Assembly (NCBI RefSeq): GCF_001194135.2
Contig: NC_068998.1
Span: forward strand, 436,456 to 500,455
Direction of reading: 5' to 3'
Origin: Octopus bimaculoides
Taxonomy: Eukaryota
Length of the DNA stretch: 64,000 bases
Under the pieces are notes generated by a model. The model saw only the letters and a program-made list of their open reading frames with translations, was not told the origin of the DNA and made no database searches. A program made the position numbers and the translations under genes. Below are positions 62,861-64,000 of the stretch, one piece after another (the stretch's first letter is position 1; every line of letters begins with the position of its first letter).

Positions 62861-63184
62861 GCCATAAACTGGAAACTGTCTCAAGGAACCACTATATTTC
62901 TAATGAAAGAGTTAATAAGTGACTTTCTAAGAATTATTTATGATAACTGTTGTGGTGGGGAACAGGTTGCAGACAAAAACATATACGAAATTAAATATAT
63001 ATATATATAAAAAAAATACTGATTTGTTATTTTGAATTTCGTTTCTCTGAAACTAGTTTCCTTTAAACATTTTTGGAATATTCATTAAGAAATACAGAAA
63101 TAATAGAAAGAAACAGTATTTTGTGGTGGAGAGAAAGTAAGTTGTTTGAAATTATCTGAATATTTATTAGAAATCTAGTCAAAA

Positions 63185-63186
<2 letters not shown>

Positions 63187-63232
<46 letters not shown>
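63187..63232. repeat. (TAA)n microsatellite
   Basis: Directly visible. Confidence 0.95.
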
Positions 63233-63233
<1 letters not shown>

Positions 63234-63663
63234 CAAAGGCAGCAGCAGCAGCAATGGTGACAATAATGATATACAGCCAGTATTTCTGCAGATAACACGA
63301 TTTCATTTTCGCATTATTGGCAAACATGGAAACTAAATACTCTGTTAAGATGAACAGTAAAAATAATTTCAATTTTAGAGTAAAATAAATTATTGTTCAT
63401 TCGCATAGTTTTTAATTCTTCTTTTTAAACTTTGGTTCATAAATACAAAGTCAAATAATAAGAAATGTGACGTTATCGTAATTCCAGGAATATGTGATTC
63501 CAGATATTCTGAAGATATTAATAAAAATATAATAATAGTGACATTTATAATTATTTTAATTGAAACAACAGTGAAAATGAAATCTTTTATCTCTCTCTCT
63601 CTGATTTGGTGGAGAGGGGCAGAACCAGGAGTTCTAGGCTCCATTGTATATGGTTATATGCAT

Positions 63664-63696
<33 letters not shown>

Positions 63697-64000
63697 TATA
63701 TANNNNNNNNNNNNNNNNNNNNNNNNNNNNNNNNNNNNNNNNNNNNNNNNNNNNNNNNNNNNNNNNNNNNNNNNNNNNNNNNNNNNNNNNNNNNNNNNNN
63801 NNNNNNNNNNNNNNNNTGTCAGAAATTATTTTTTCTTTACCCTTTTTCTTTTTTTTTTATCTCTTTAGTTTTGATTTAAAGTAATTTTGCTTTGAAAACA
63901 AAGCACACATTTGAAAAAAATGATTAACTCAATCAAAAATAAATAAATTCCTGTATGAATAATAATTGATTAAATTTTTTTTCTTGTTTTGTGGACTCAT

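Overview
64 kb of AT-rich, microsatellite-saturated eukaryotic non-coding DNA from a gapped short-read assembly (12 N-gaps, about 2.9 kb). The SINE families resemble those I recall from Octopus genomes; this is recognition from memory, not a database result. I could not recognise any host protein-coding exon, tRNA, rRNA or well-known miRNA. Nearly all ORFs in the supplied track are translations of (CA)n, (TA)n, trinucleotide runs or N-gaps. What is supported: about 30 copies or fragments of five short interspersed repeat families (one intact copy with a 12-bp TSD); decayed LINE pieces (R4/Dong, two RTE, probable Penelope-like); decayed mariner and hAT transposase remnants; a ~290-bp MITE; a larger degenerate inverted-repeat element; and several minisatellites. 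The most interesting leads are (1) a 44-bp-armed fold-back whose apex carries a hammerhead-ribozyme-like core (36.2-36.3 kb), (2) a MITE carrying an IR1 nuclear-receptor palindrome that also occurs in a separate motif-dense unique segment, plus further GGTCA clusters, (3) SINEs stacked into their own microsatellite tails, and (4) hairpin- and E-box-containing tandem arrays. All functional interpretations are untested hypotheses.
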